Source: Cereibacter sphaeroides 2.4.1 (GTDB lineage: Bacteria; Pseudomonadota; Alphaproteobacteria; Rhodobacterales; Rhodobacteraceae). Taken from it: DNA of 32,000 nucleotides. Location: positions 1,740,001 to 1,772,000 of the forward strand of contig NC_007493.2 of NCBI RefSeq assembly GCF_000012905.2, read 5' to 3'. How positions within the stretch are numbered: position 1 is the first letter of the stretch; every line of letters starts with the position of its first letter. Under the pieces are notes generated by a model, which saw only the letters and a list, made by a program, of their open reading frames with translations, made no database searches and was not told the origin of the DNA. The position numbers and the translations under genes are program-made. This document shows positions 24,433 through 32,000 of this stretch, one piece after another.

Positions 24433-24840
24433 ATGAGCCGCAGCCGGTTGCTCACGCTGATGTCGCGCCGCGAGACGGTCGAGCTGATGAAGGCGCAGGG
24501 CGCCCTCCGCGACGCGCGTGCCCGCCATGCCGAGGCGGAGGCGCTGGCCCTGCGGCTGTCGCAGATGCTCGAGGGCCGCAGGGAGGCCGCGCAGGGGACG
24601 CTCGCCGCGGCGGATCTCTTCCGCGCCCACCGGCTGACGCTGCAGATCGCCGAGCAGGCCGATCTCAGCGCCGCACGCGCCGCGGAAGCGGCGGCGGCCC
24701 TCGCCACGGCGCAGGCCGAGATGGCGCGGCAGGATCACCGGACCCGGGCGCTGGCCGACAGCGCCGCCACCGCCCGCGCGCTCGAGGCCGAGGAGCGGCT
24801 CGCCCGCGCCGAGGCGCTGCGGCCCGCGCCCCGGCGCTGA
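24433..24840 (+). CDS. fliJ: flagellar export chaperone FliJ
   Basis: A 135-aa coiled-coil protein immediately after fliI. Confidence 0.7.
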   Translation: MSRSRLLTLMSRRETVELMKAQGALRDARARHAEAEALALRLSQMLEGRREAAQGTLAAADLFRAHRLTLQIAEQADLSAARAAEAAAALATAQAEMARQDHRTRALADSAATARALEAEERLARAEALRPAPRR

Positions 24841-24851
24841 TCGGGCGGGAC

Positions 24852-24867
24852 TGGCACCGATCTTGCA
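24852..24867 (+). promoter_or_regulatory. sigma54 (-24/-12) promoter of the fliK operon
   Basis: TGGCACCGATCTTGCA is a perfect consensus, 28 nt upstream of ATG 24895. Confidence 0.8.
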
Positions 24868-24894
24868 ACCGCGCGGGGAGATCAGGAGACAGGC

Positions 24895-26994
24895 ATGAAG
24901 CTCGTCGAGGCACAGGGTCAGGAGTGGCGCACCCCCGCGGGGGCTGCGGTGGGGGCTTCCTCCGCGGGCGCCCGCGCGCCGGGTCGCTTTGCGGCGCTGT
25001 TTGCGGCGCAGGCGGACGAGGCTCCGGCATCCGGCGGCGAACGGGCCTCCGGGCCTCATGCCGCGGGACGGCCGGCCTCGGGGCTGCCTCCGGACGCGGC
25101 GGAGGGCGAGCGCGGCTCTGGTCCGCAGGTCGGGGGGCAACGGTCCTCCGGGACGCGGCCGGACGCGGTGGACGGCGATCGTGCCTCTGGCGCTCCGGCT
25201 GGCGCTCAACGGCCTTCCGGGACGCTTCCGGGCGCGGTGGACCTCCTGCCCGGTCGGGCGAACGCAGCCTCCACGCCCGATCCGGACCTTGCGGCGGCTG
25301 AGGATGCCGCGGGGGCGTTGCTTCCCCCGGCAGCGGCGGCCCTGCTGGCGCGCAAGGGCGTGGCGGGACCGCTGCCTGACGTCGCAACCGGAGCCGTCTC
25401 GGCCGAGAACATGCGCTCCCACCTCCCTGCGGCGGCGGGTCTCGATCCGGCCTCCTCGCCGCCCTCGGTTCGCGCTTCGTCAGCGAATGCGGCCGGGTCG
25501 TCGTCGGTGGCGTCCGATCCGCCCGTCGATGCTCCTGTGCCGTCAGAGGCAACGTCCGCGATGCCGTGGGGCCCGGCTCTGCCGCCCGACCCGACCGAGC
25601 CGGCCCCGGCGACGGTCGGTCAACTCGCGTGCGCCCTGCCCGAGGACTCATCCGGGGCGGTGCCTTTCACGCCCGGAGCGGCTGCGGACCCCGCCCCGTC
25701 CCTCGGGTCTGCTGAGGTCCGGGCGTCCGATGGCGCTTCGGGAACGGCAGGGACTGCCAAAGGGGCAGCACCCTCCGGTGCGGGCTCAGCGGGCCTGCCT
25801 CTTGCGGGCGTGTCGGAACTCTCGACCTCCGCCGAAGCCGCCTCCGCGCTGCCAGAGGAGACAGATCCTTCGGAAGAGCCGCAGCATTCCTCCGCGTCCG
25901 AGACTGGCCCCGACGGCCCGACCGGCGCAGATGCGGCGGCGTCCGCGGGGGATGACCTGGGCGCGGCCCAGGCGCGGCCCACCGTGCTTGCGGCCGATCC
26001 GACCGTCTCAGCTCTCCCCGCCGGCGCCGTTCCGCTTCCGGGAGGGTCGCGCCCGCCTGCCGACGGGACGCCTCAGAGAGGGCCTGAGGGTGTGGCGGCC
26101 GCCGCAGCCCCGGCCGACGGGGCTCCGCCCCGGACCGCCCGTCGGGCGGGTCCGCTCGCGGAGGCGGGCCGGGCCGACGACGCCTCTCCCGTGCCCGCCT
26201 CGGCGCACTTTGCGGCCGGCGCCCAACCGGGGACAGCCGGGCGGGAGGGCGCCGCCCGCGCTCATCCCGCGGCTGCGGGGACAGTGCCCGCGGGCGAGGG
26301 TGCAGCCGATACAACCCCACCGTCTCCCGCTCCTGCGGCACAGAGGCCGGAGACCGCAGCAGCGCCGCCCGCAACCGCCGGGAAGGTGGCCGACGCGTCC
26401 GAGGCACCGGCCGCCGAGAACGCGTCCGCCGCGACCGTCGGACAGGACGGGGCAGAGACGGCTCTGGCCGTGGAGCCCGCCGGGGCCACTCTCGCCGGGT
26501 CAGATCCGGTGGCCCCCGCCCCCCTGACCGCATTTCCGAGCGACCTGCGCCTCGAGCGGGCGGGCGAGCCCCGGGCGGGCGCTGCGGGCGCGGACGCGCC
26601 CCTCGCCCTCGCGGCCCCCGACGTACCGGCCGAGCTGCAGGACAGGATCCTCGAGGCCGCCGCAGGGGAGGGCGAGATCGAGATCGTGCTCGCCCCCGAG
26701 ACCCTGGGCCGGCTCCGCATCCGCGTCGAGATGCGCGACGGCACCGCGCAGGTGAGCTTCACCACCGAAACGGCCGAAGCCGCCCGTCTCCTGTCGGGGC
26801 AGGAAGGGCGCCTGTCCGACCTCCTTGAGAAGCACGGCCTGTCGCTCGGCCGGCACGAGGCCGGACAGGGCGACACCGGCCGTCGCTCCGAGGTGCCGCT
26901 GCCGCAGCCCCGGCCGCGCGCCCTCCGCCCTGCCCCCGATCCTTCCGAGCCCGCCGCCCGTGCGGCGGCCGGGACCGTCAATCTGATTGCCTGA
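24895..26994 (+). CDS. fliK: hook-length control protein FliK
   Basis: AGGAGA SD. It is 699 aa, with a Pro/Ala/Gly/Ser-rich ruler region and a C-terminal FliK domain (LAPETLGRLRIRVEMRDGTAQVSFTTETAEAARLL). Confidence 0.8.
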   Translation: MKLVEAQGQEWRTPAGAAVGASSAGARAPGRFAALFAAQADEAPASGGERASGPHAAGRPASGLPPDAAEGERGSGPQVGGQRSSGTRPDAVDGDRASGAPAGAQRPSGTLPGAVDLLPGRANAASTPDPDLAAAEDAAGALLPPAAAALLARKGVAGPLPDVATGAVSAENMRSHLPAAAGLDPASSPPSVRASSANAAGSSSVASDPPVDAPVPSEATSAMPWGPALPPDPTEPAPATVGQLACALPEDSSGAVPFTPGAAADPAPSLGSAEVRASDGASGTAGTAKGAAPSGAGSAGLPLAGVSELSTSAEAASALPEETDPSEEPQHSSASETGPDGPTGADAAASAGDDLGAAQARPTVLAADPTVSALPAGAVPLPGGSRPPADGTPQRGPEGVAAAAAPADGAPPRTARRAGPLAEAGRADDASPVPASAHFAAGAQPGTAGREGAARAHPAAAGTVPAGEGAADTTPPSPAPAAQRPETAAAPPATAGKVADASEAPAAENASAATVGQDGAETALAVEPAGATLAGSDPVAPAPLTAFPSDLRLERAGEPRAGAAGADAPLALAAPDVPAELQDRILEAAAGEGEIEIVLAPETLGRLRIRVEMRDGTAQVSFTTETAEAARLLSGQEGRLSDLLEKHGLSLGRHEAGQGDTGRRSEVPLPQPRPRALRPAPDPSEPAARAAAGTVNLIA
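25036..25242 (+). repeat. three in-frame tandem 69-bp imperfect repeats inside fliK
   Basis: Units are at 25036-25104, 25105-25173 and 25174-25242. They encode GERASGPHAAGRPASGLPPDAAE, GERGSGPQVGGQRSSGTRPDAVD and GDRASGAPAGAQRPSGTLPGAVD. Confidence 0.8.
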
Positions 26995-27004
26995 GGAACC
27001 GCCC

Positions 27005-27577
27005 GTGACCGACGCCTCCGCCTCCCTCGACACGAAGCCCCGCCGGGGCCGCGGCCTCTTGCGCGCGCTGGTCTTCCTGCTGCTCGGGGCCTTCCTGCTG
27101 GCCGCCGGCTTCGGCGCGGGCTACTTCTACTTCGCCAACCCGCTGTCGCCCGCGAAGGACGTGCTGCGCCTGATCGAGCGCACGCCCGAGGCCGACGAAC
27201 CCGCGGCCGATCCGGACGCTCCGCAGAAGGTGCCGCGGCCCACGCCCGAGCGGGAATCCTTCGTCACCAGCTATTACCAGTTCAAGGAGCCGCTCACGAC
27301 GAACCTGCGCGCCTCGCGCCGGCTGCTGCAGGCGGGCATCGGCCTGTCCACGCAATACGACCAGAAGGTCATGGACAATGTCGCCCGCAACGAGGTGGCG
27401 CTGCGGTCGGACATGCTGGCCATCGTCGGCACCTTCTCGGAGGAGGAGCTGCAGGACAAGGCGGGCCGCGACCGGCTGGCCGAGGCGCTGCGCGGCGCGG
27501 TGAACGCACGGCTCCAGCAGCTCGAGGGCTTCGGCGGCATCGAGGCCGTCTTCTTCCCCTCCTTCATCCTGCAGTAA
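27005..27577 (+). CDS. fliL: flagellar basal-body-associated protein FliL
   Basis: GTG 27005 has a GAGGAA SD 7 nt upstream; the track start TTG 26987 overlaps fliK and is the alternative. It has a single TM and a C-terminal VFFPSFILQ. Confidence 0.8.
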   Translation: MTDASASLDTKPRRGRGLLRALVFLLLGAFLLAAGFGAGYFYFANPLSPAKDVLRLIERTPEADEPAADPDAPQKVPRPTPERESFVTSYYQFKEPLTTNLRASRRLLQAGIGLSTQYDQKVMDNVARNEVALRSDMLAIVGTFSEEELQDKAGRDRLAEALRGAVNARLQQLEGFGGIEAVFFPSFILQ

Positions 27578-27580
27578 GCC

Positions 27581-28552
27581 ATGGCCGCCACTCCGCGCAA
27601 ACTCTCGTCGAAGGAGGTCGCAGCCCTCGTCGGCAACCTCATGGAGGCCAGCGAAAGCACGAGCCTCGAGAACGGCCTCGAGGTCCGGCCTTACGCTTTC
27701 GGCGAGAACGAACTGAACCAGCTCGGCGACTATCACGCGCTGCGCATCATCAACGAGCGCTTCTGCCGCACCGCGCGCGACGTCTTCCTGCCGATGCTGC
27801 GACTTCAGCCCCGGATCTCGTCCTTCCCGCCCGAGGTGCGCAGTTTCGACGACTACCGCTCGAGCCAGGACAATTTCGTGTCGATCACCGCGAGCCGCAT
27901 CGAGGAGCTGCGCGGCAACCAGATGATCGTGATCCCGCCGCCCTTCATCTCGCTGCTGACCGACAGCTATTACGGCGGGCAGATCCGCCATGTTCCCACG
28001 ACGCGCACCGAATTCACCGCGACCGAGGAGCGGGTGATCGAGCTCGTGACCGACCGGCTGAACGTGGCGCTGCAGGTGGCGTGGCGCGACCTGATGGCCC
28101 TGACCTTCACCGTGGTCAGCCGCGAGGAATCGATGCAGTTCGCCTCGTTCGTGGATGGCGAGGACATGGTGGTGAACTGCTCCTTCATGGTGCAGTTGCC
28201 CAACACCGAGCCTGCGAGCTTCGACATCCTCTATCCGCTCCAGACGCTGAAGCCGATCTCGTCGCAGCTGCGCTCGCGGATGCAGTCGGATTTCGTGGAC
28301 GACGACCGGAGCTGGCGCGAGAAGCTGGAACGGGCGATCCTGTCCATCCCGCTCACCCTCTCGGCGCGGCTCTGCGAGCCCGAGGTGCCGCTGCGCCAGC
28401 TCATGCAGATGCAGCCGGGCGATGTGCTGCCGGTGCATCTGACCGAGGCGGTGTCGCTTCTCGTCGAGGGCCAGCCCATCTTCGAGGCGGCTCCCGGCGA
28501 GCGCGGCGGGCAGGCCGCGCTGAACCTGACGCGCCGCCATGTGCGGAGCTAG
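27581..28552 (+). CDS. fliM: switch protein FliM
   Basis: 323 aa with an N-terminal CheY-binding-type peptide (KLSSKEVAALVG), a FliM middle domain and a C-terminal SpoA-like domain. Confidence 0.9.
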   Translation: MAATPRKLSSKEVAALVGNLMEASESTSLENGLEVRPYAFGENELNQLGDYHALRIINERFCRTARDVFLPMLRLQPRISSFPPEVRSFDDYRSSQDNFVSITASRIEELRGNQMIVIPPPFISLLTDSYYGGQIRHVPTTRTEFTATEERVIELVTDRLNVALQVAWRDLMALTFTVVSREESMQFASFVDGEDMVVNCSFMVQLPNTEPASFDILYPLQTLKPISSQLRSRMQSDFVDDDRSWREKLERAILSIPLTLSARLCEPEVPLRQLMQMQPGDVLPVHLTEAVSLLVEGQPIFEAAPGERGGQAALNLTRRHVRS

Positions 28553-28708
28553 GCTTGCGGCGCCGGGCCGGCAGATCCGGCCCGCGGCACGCGCCCGGCC
28601 GCGCTCTCGCCCCGTGCCGTCGATCCGCGGCGCCGAGGCGATGCCGCCCCGGATCGTCTTTCTCACCCTGACACCGCGGCCCTGCCGCCCCTTCCCATCG
28701 GAGCCCGC

Positions 28709-29005
28709 ATGACCGACGCGACCCGCCCCCTTGCCGACCGTCTCGGCGCCGAGAACCTGCGCCTTCTGGAGAATATCGGCGTGCGTCTGACCGTCGAGGT
28801 CGGCCGCACCGAAATGACGATCCGCGATCTCCTCCGCCTGTCCGAGGGCTCGGTGGTGGAGCTCGACCGGCTGGCGGGCGACCCGCTCGACGTGCTGGTG
28901 AACGGCACCCCCATCGCCAAGGGCGAGGTGGTGATGGTGGGCGAGCGGTTCGGCATCCGCTTCGGCCAGATCATCGAGCCCGAGAAGCGCGCCGAAAGCC
29001 TCTGA
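28709..29005 (+). CDS. fliN: switch protein FliN (SpoA domain only)
   Basis: GGAG SD. The sequence VRLTVEVGRTEMTIRDLLRLSEGSVVELDRLAGDPLDVLVNGTPIAKGEVV is canonical FliN. Confidence 0.9.
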   Translation: MTDATRPLADRLGAENLRLLENIGVRLTVEVGRTEMTIRDLLRLSEGSVVELDRLAGDPLDVLVNGTPIAKGEVVMVGERFGIRFGQIIEPEKRAESL

Positions 29006-29087
29006 CGCGGGCGGATCCTCATGCGGGCGGCACCATTCCCAAGCGGAGCTGACCGCGCGTCCGCCTGCTGATCCTCACGCGGGCGGG

Positions 29088-29103
29088 CGGCACGGATGTT
29101 GCA
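29088..29103 (+). promoter_or_regulatory. internal sigma54 (-24/-12) promoter candidate upstream of fliO
   Basis: CGGCACGGATGTTGCA has correct spacing and a perfect TTGCA. It lies 34 nt upstream of the fliO TTG start. Confidence 0.55.
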
Positions 29104-29136
29104 GCGGAGGGGGACCTGCATCCCCGGAGTGACCCG

Positions 29137-29394
29137 TTGGACATCCTGCGCCCCGATCAGATCCTGACCCTCGGCCTCTTCCTCGGGCTTCTGGGACTCC
29201 TGTGGCTCGTCGTGAAGCTGAAGGCCCCCGGCATTTCGCGCTTCGCCAGTGGCGGGCGGCTGCGCGTGGCCGAGGCCGCGGCGCTCGGGCCGCAGGAGCG
29301 CGCCGCGATCCTCGCCGTGGACGGGCGTGAATTTCTCGTGCTGACAAGCAAGGGCGCGGCTCCCGTCGTGCTGCCGCTGGAGGGCCGGGCATGA
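29137..29394 (+). CDS. fliO: flagellar export protein FliO
   Basis: TTG start with a GGAG 8 nt upstream. It has a single TM (ILTLGLFLGLLGLLWLVV) then LRVAEAAALGPQERAAILAVDGREFLVL, a typical FliO layout. Its stop overlaps the fliP ATG. Confidence 0.7.
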   Translation: MDILRPDQILTLGLFLGLLGLLWLVVKLKAPGISRFASGGRLRVAEAAALGPQERAAILAVDGREFLVLTSKGAAPVVLPLEGRA

Positions 29395-30296
29395 CGAGGC
29401 GCAATCCGATGCGGCGTGAAATGCCCTCGCCTGCCTGCCCGGGGCACCGGCGCGCGACCCCTCGTCAGGCCATCGAGACCGGAGCCCGGCAGATGCGCGC
29501 CGCGCCCTGTCGGCCGAACCGGCCGGGCAAGGCTCGGGCGCCCCGCGCGGCGCGGATGATGGCGCTGGCCGGCAGTGCGCTGGCGGCGGGTCTTCTTCTG
29601 GCCGGATCGGCGGCGGCCGCGGGCTTTCCGGCGATCACGGTGACGGAAGGGACCGGCGGCACGAGCTATTCGCTCTCGCTCCAGATCCTCGCGCTGATGA
29701 CGGCACTGACCGTGCTGCCCTCGCTCGTCCTCGGCATGTCGGCCTTCACCCGGATCATCATCGTGCTGTCCATCCTGCGTCAGGCGCTCGGCACCCAGCA
29801 GACGCCACCGAACCAGGTGCTGATCGCGCTCGCGCTGTTCCTCACCTTCTTCGTCATGCAGCCGACGCTCGGCGCGCTGTACGAGCAGTCGCTCTCACCC
29901 TTCCTCGATGGGCAGATCGAGGCCCAGCCCGCCATCGAGCGGGGCGGCGCGATCATGAAGGACTTCCTGATCGCCAACACGCGGCAGAACGACCTGCTGA
30001 TGTTCTCGGACCTCGCCGGCGCCGGGCCCTATGCCGAACCTACGGAGGTGCCCTTCTCGACGCTCCTGCCCGCCTTCATGACCTCGGAGCTGAAGACCGC
30101 CTTCCAGATCGGCTTCCTGCTGTTCCTGCCCTTCCTCGTCATCGACATGGTGATCGCCTCGATCCTGATGGCGCTCGGCATGATGATGCTCTCACCCATG
30201 CTGGTCTCGCTGCCCTTCAAGCTGCTGCTCTTCGTGCTGGTCGACGGATGGGCGCTGACGGTGGGCTCGCTCGCCGCGACCTACGGGGGGCAGTGA
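29391..30296 (+). CDS. fliP: export-gate protein FliP
   Basis: The conserved core is FTRIIIVLSILRQALGTQQTPPNQVLIALALFLTFFVMQP. ATG 29391 is coupled to fliO (ATGA) but adds an Arg/Pro-rich 55-aa extension. The alternative start, ATG 29556, directly precedes the signal peptide MMALAGSALAAGLLLAGSAAAA. Confidence 0.85.
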   Translation: MTRRNPMRREMPSPACPGHRRATPRQAIETGARQMRAAPCRPNRPGKARAPRAARMMALAGSALAAGLLLAGSAAAAGFPAITVTEGTGGTSYSLSLQILALMTALTVLPSLVLGMSAFTRIIIVLSILRQALGTQQTPPNQVLIALALFLTFFVMQPTLGALYEQSLSPFLDGQIEAQPAIERGGAIMKDFLIANTRQNDLLMFSDLAGAGPYAEPTEVPFSTLLPAFMTSELKTAFQIGFLLFLPFLVIDMVIASILMALGMMMLSPMLVSLPFKLLLFVLVDGWALTVGSLAATYGGQ

Positions 30297-30562
30297 TGGA
30301 TTTCGACGGCAGCATCGAGCATCTGCGGCTGGCCTACTGGAACATCCTGCTGACCGCAGGCCCTGTCCTCGGCGTGGCGCTGGCCGTGGGCCTTGTCATC
30401 GGCATCCTGCAGGCGGCGACCTCGATCAACGAATCCACGCTGAGCTTCGTGCCGAAGCTCGCCATCGTGCTCCTGACCATGGCGCTTGCCTCGAGCTTCA
30501 TGCTCACGCGGATGACGGACTATTTCGCCTTCGTCTTCGAGACGATCGCCACGATCCGCTGA
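30296..30562 (+). CDS. fliQ: export-gate protein FliQ
   Basis: ATG 30296 overlaps the fliP stop (TGATG). It is 88 aa with two TM helices. The track ORF start at 30248 is an over-extension. Confidence 0.9.
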   Translation: MDFDGSIEHLRLAYWNILLTAGPVLGVALAVGLVIGILQAATSINESTLSFVPKLAIVLLTMALASSFMLTRMTDYFAFVFETIATIR

Positions 30563-31371
30563 TGGAGAGCGCCGCCGCCCTGCCCGCGCTGGAGTTGCCC
30601 GGCCTCCTGTCGCTCCTGACCGGCGCCTTCGTGGCGAGCCTGCGGATCGGGGCCTTCCTCATCGCCTCGCCCGCCTTCGGCGGCCGCTTCGTGCCGCTGC
30701 CCGTCAGGATCGTGGCGACGGTGATCCTCACCCTGCCGGTGCTGGGCCGGGTGGAGCTGCCCCCGCCGGAGGAGCTGGCCTCGCTCGCGGCCATCCCCCT
30801 CATGATGCAGGAGATCGCGGTCGGCCTGTCGGCGGGGCTCGTGCTGACCATCCTCTTCTCGGCCGCGGCCCTCGCCGGAGACCGGATCGCCTCGACCGCC
30901 GGTCTGGGCTTCGCCGCGCAGATCGATCCGTCGGCGGGCGGGCAGACGCCGGTCGTGGCGCAGATCTTCGGGCTGGCGCTGACCACGGTCTTCCTTGCCC
31001 TCGACGGCCATCTGACCGCGCTCGACATCCTCCTGCGCAGCTACGAGAGCCTGCCGCCGGGCGCGCCCTTCGCCCCGGGGCGCTTCCTCGAGGCCGGCAT
31101 CGGCGCGGGCGGGCGCATGTTCCTCCTCGGCCTCCAGATCATGATGCCGGTCGTGGCGGCGCTCATCCTCATCAACGTCACGATCGGGATCGTCACCCGC
31201 TCGGCGCCACAGCTCAATGTCTTTTCCTTCGGCTTCCCCGTGACCATGTCGGCCACGCTGATCCTGCTGTTCCTGACCGCGCCCGGCACGATGGGCGCCT
31301 TCTCGGGGCTGGTCGAGGAGAGCCTCACCGCGCTGGCGGGCCTTCTGGGGGTCGTCCATGGCCGAGGGTGA
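30562..31371 (+). CDS. fliR: export-gate protein FliR
   Basis: Its ATG overlaps the fliQ stop. It is a 269-aa polytopic membrane protein in the canonical position. Confidence 0.85.
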   Translation: MESAAALPALELPGLLSLLTGAFVASLRIGAFLIASPAFGGRFVPLPVRIVATVILTLPVLGRVELPPPEELASLAAIPLMMQEIAVGLSAGLVLTILFSAAALAGDRIASTAGLGFAAQIDPSAGGQTPVVAQIFGLALTTVFLALDGHLTALDILLRSYESLPPGAPFAPGRFLEAGIGAGGRMFLLGLQIMMPVVAALILINVTIGIVTRSAPQLNVFSFGFPVTMSATLILLFLTAPGTMGAFSGLVEESLTALAGLLGVVHGRG

Positions 31372-32000
31372 CGACGGGCAGGAGAAGACCGAGGAGCCGA
31401 CCCAGAAGCGGCGCGAGCAGGCGCGCGAGGACGGCTCCATCGTCACCTCGAAGGAGGTTTTCGTTTTCGCCACGCTCGCGGGCGGGCTCGCGCTCCTGAT
31501 GATGATCGAGGGGCTGCTGCCCGCGCTGGTGCGGGGCTGGTCGGGCTATCTGGTGATCGAGCCGGGCGCGGATCTCGAGCGGATCGCGATGGTGCGTCTG
31601 GGTCAGGCCTGGCGCGAGGTGCTGATCGCGGGGCTCGTCGTGTCTGTGCCGCTTCTGGCCCTCGTGCTGCTCGTCCAGTCCGCGATGGGCGGCATCAATT
31701 TCTCGACCAAGGCGCTGAGCTTCAAGGCGAGCCGGATCAATCCGGCGGCCGGTCTGAAGCGCATGGTCTCGCTCAAGGCGCTGGTGGAGCTTGCCAAGGC
31801 CGTGGCCAAGGTCGCGCTCCTGATCGGGGTGGCGGTGCTCGTGCTGCGCGACGAACTCTCGCCCCTCGATCGGCTCTGGACGGCGGCGCCGGGAGATGCG
31901 GCGGCGGTGCTCGGCGCGGGTCTGATCCGGCTCGTCTCGGCGCTTCTCATCGTGCTCGCCGTCATCGGCGGGCTCGATCTCGTCTGGCAGGCCTGGAGCC
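31358..32000 (+). CDS. flhB: export switch protein FlhB (N-terminal part; continues beyond the window)
   Basis: ATG 31358 overlaps the fliR end. The N-terminus MAEGDDGQEKTEEPTQKRREQAREDGSIVTSKE and the motif FKASRINPAAGLKRMVSLKALVELAKAVAKV are canonical FlhB. I translated it by hand and the frame stays open to the end of the window. Confidence 0.9.
   Translation, partial: MAEGDDGQEKTEEPTQKRREQAREDGSIVTSKEVFVFATLAGGLALLMMIEGLLPALVRGWSGYLVIEPGADLERIAMVRLGQAWREVLIAGLVVSVPLLALVLLVQSAMGGINFSTKALSFKASRINPAAGLKRMVSLKALVELAKAVAKVALLIGVAVLVLRDELSPLDRLWTAAPGDAAAVLGAGLIRLVSALLIVLAVIGGLDLVWQAWS

Noticed and set aside
21690-24707. 1005-aa ORF on the minus strand
   Set aside because: It is antisense to fliG-fliH-fliI-fliJ, which have unambiguous motifs. 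It is a low-complexity Arg/Ala/Ser shadow ORF.
24989-26981. Alternative-frame and antisense ORFs inside fliK (for example 24989..26527 +, 25667..26533 -, 26262..26981 -)
   Set aside because: They are Arg/Pro-rich shadow frames of a GC-rich low-complexity gene. Only the 24895 frame has a promoter, an SD and the conserved FliK C-terminal domain.
28585-28599. CGGCAC-N5-CGGC in the fliM-fliN gap as a sigma54 promoter
   Set aside because: The GG-N10-GC spacing holds, but the TTGC box is replaced by CGGC. Such matches are expected by chance in GC-rich sequence.
1-32000. Search for CRISPR arrays, tRNA/rRNA genes, IS elements/transposases, integrases, phage or defence-system genes
   Set aside because: None was recognised. 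Every large coding frame is accounted for by flagellar or chemotaxis genes or by the few small hypotheticals listed. No regularly spaced repeat-spacer structure is present.

Overview
High-GC (about 68-70% in spot-counted lines) alphaproteobacterial chromosomal segment, almost entirely motility and chemotaxis genes. There are three blocks. (1) 1-6.2 kb holds a sigma54-driven flgP-flgT-flgA-flgM-(DUF2802-like) operon. After it come small accessory genes: a secreted Sel1-repeat protein coupled to an NHLP-like small protein, a FliL paralog, and a sigma54-driven 62-aa ORF. A repeat-rich noncoding gap and fliS plus a fliT-like gene follow. (2) 6.5-17.6 kb, minus strand, holds an eight-gene chemosensory operon in the order cheA4-cheR3-cheB2-cheW4-ppfA-tlpT-cheY6-cheA3. 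From memory, this order and its odd domain architectures match cheOp3 of Cereibacter (Rhodobacter) sphaeroides. It is bracketed by two uncharacterised genes: an AT-shifted 101-aa gene upstream and a 193-aa pseudo-receiver-like gene downstream. (3) 18-32 kb, plus strand, holds fleT-fliEFGHIJ and fliKLMNOPQR-flhB (fla1-type; flhB runs off the window). Seven sigma54 -24/-12 elements were found by eye, five of them near-perfect. No rRNA, tRNA, CRISPR array, transposase or integrase was recognised. Most of the window is well-described biology and I see no clear new multi-gene system. The least-explained parts are these: the four-copy hairpin repeat array behind the 62-aa ORF (5.17-5.5 kb); the compositionally foreign 101-aa gene heading the che operon; the NHLP-like/Sel1 pair; the pseudo-receiver after cheA3; and the apparent decayed CheA modules inside the long CheA3 'linker'. 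All family assignments come from motif recognition by eye. No searches were run.
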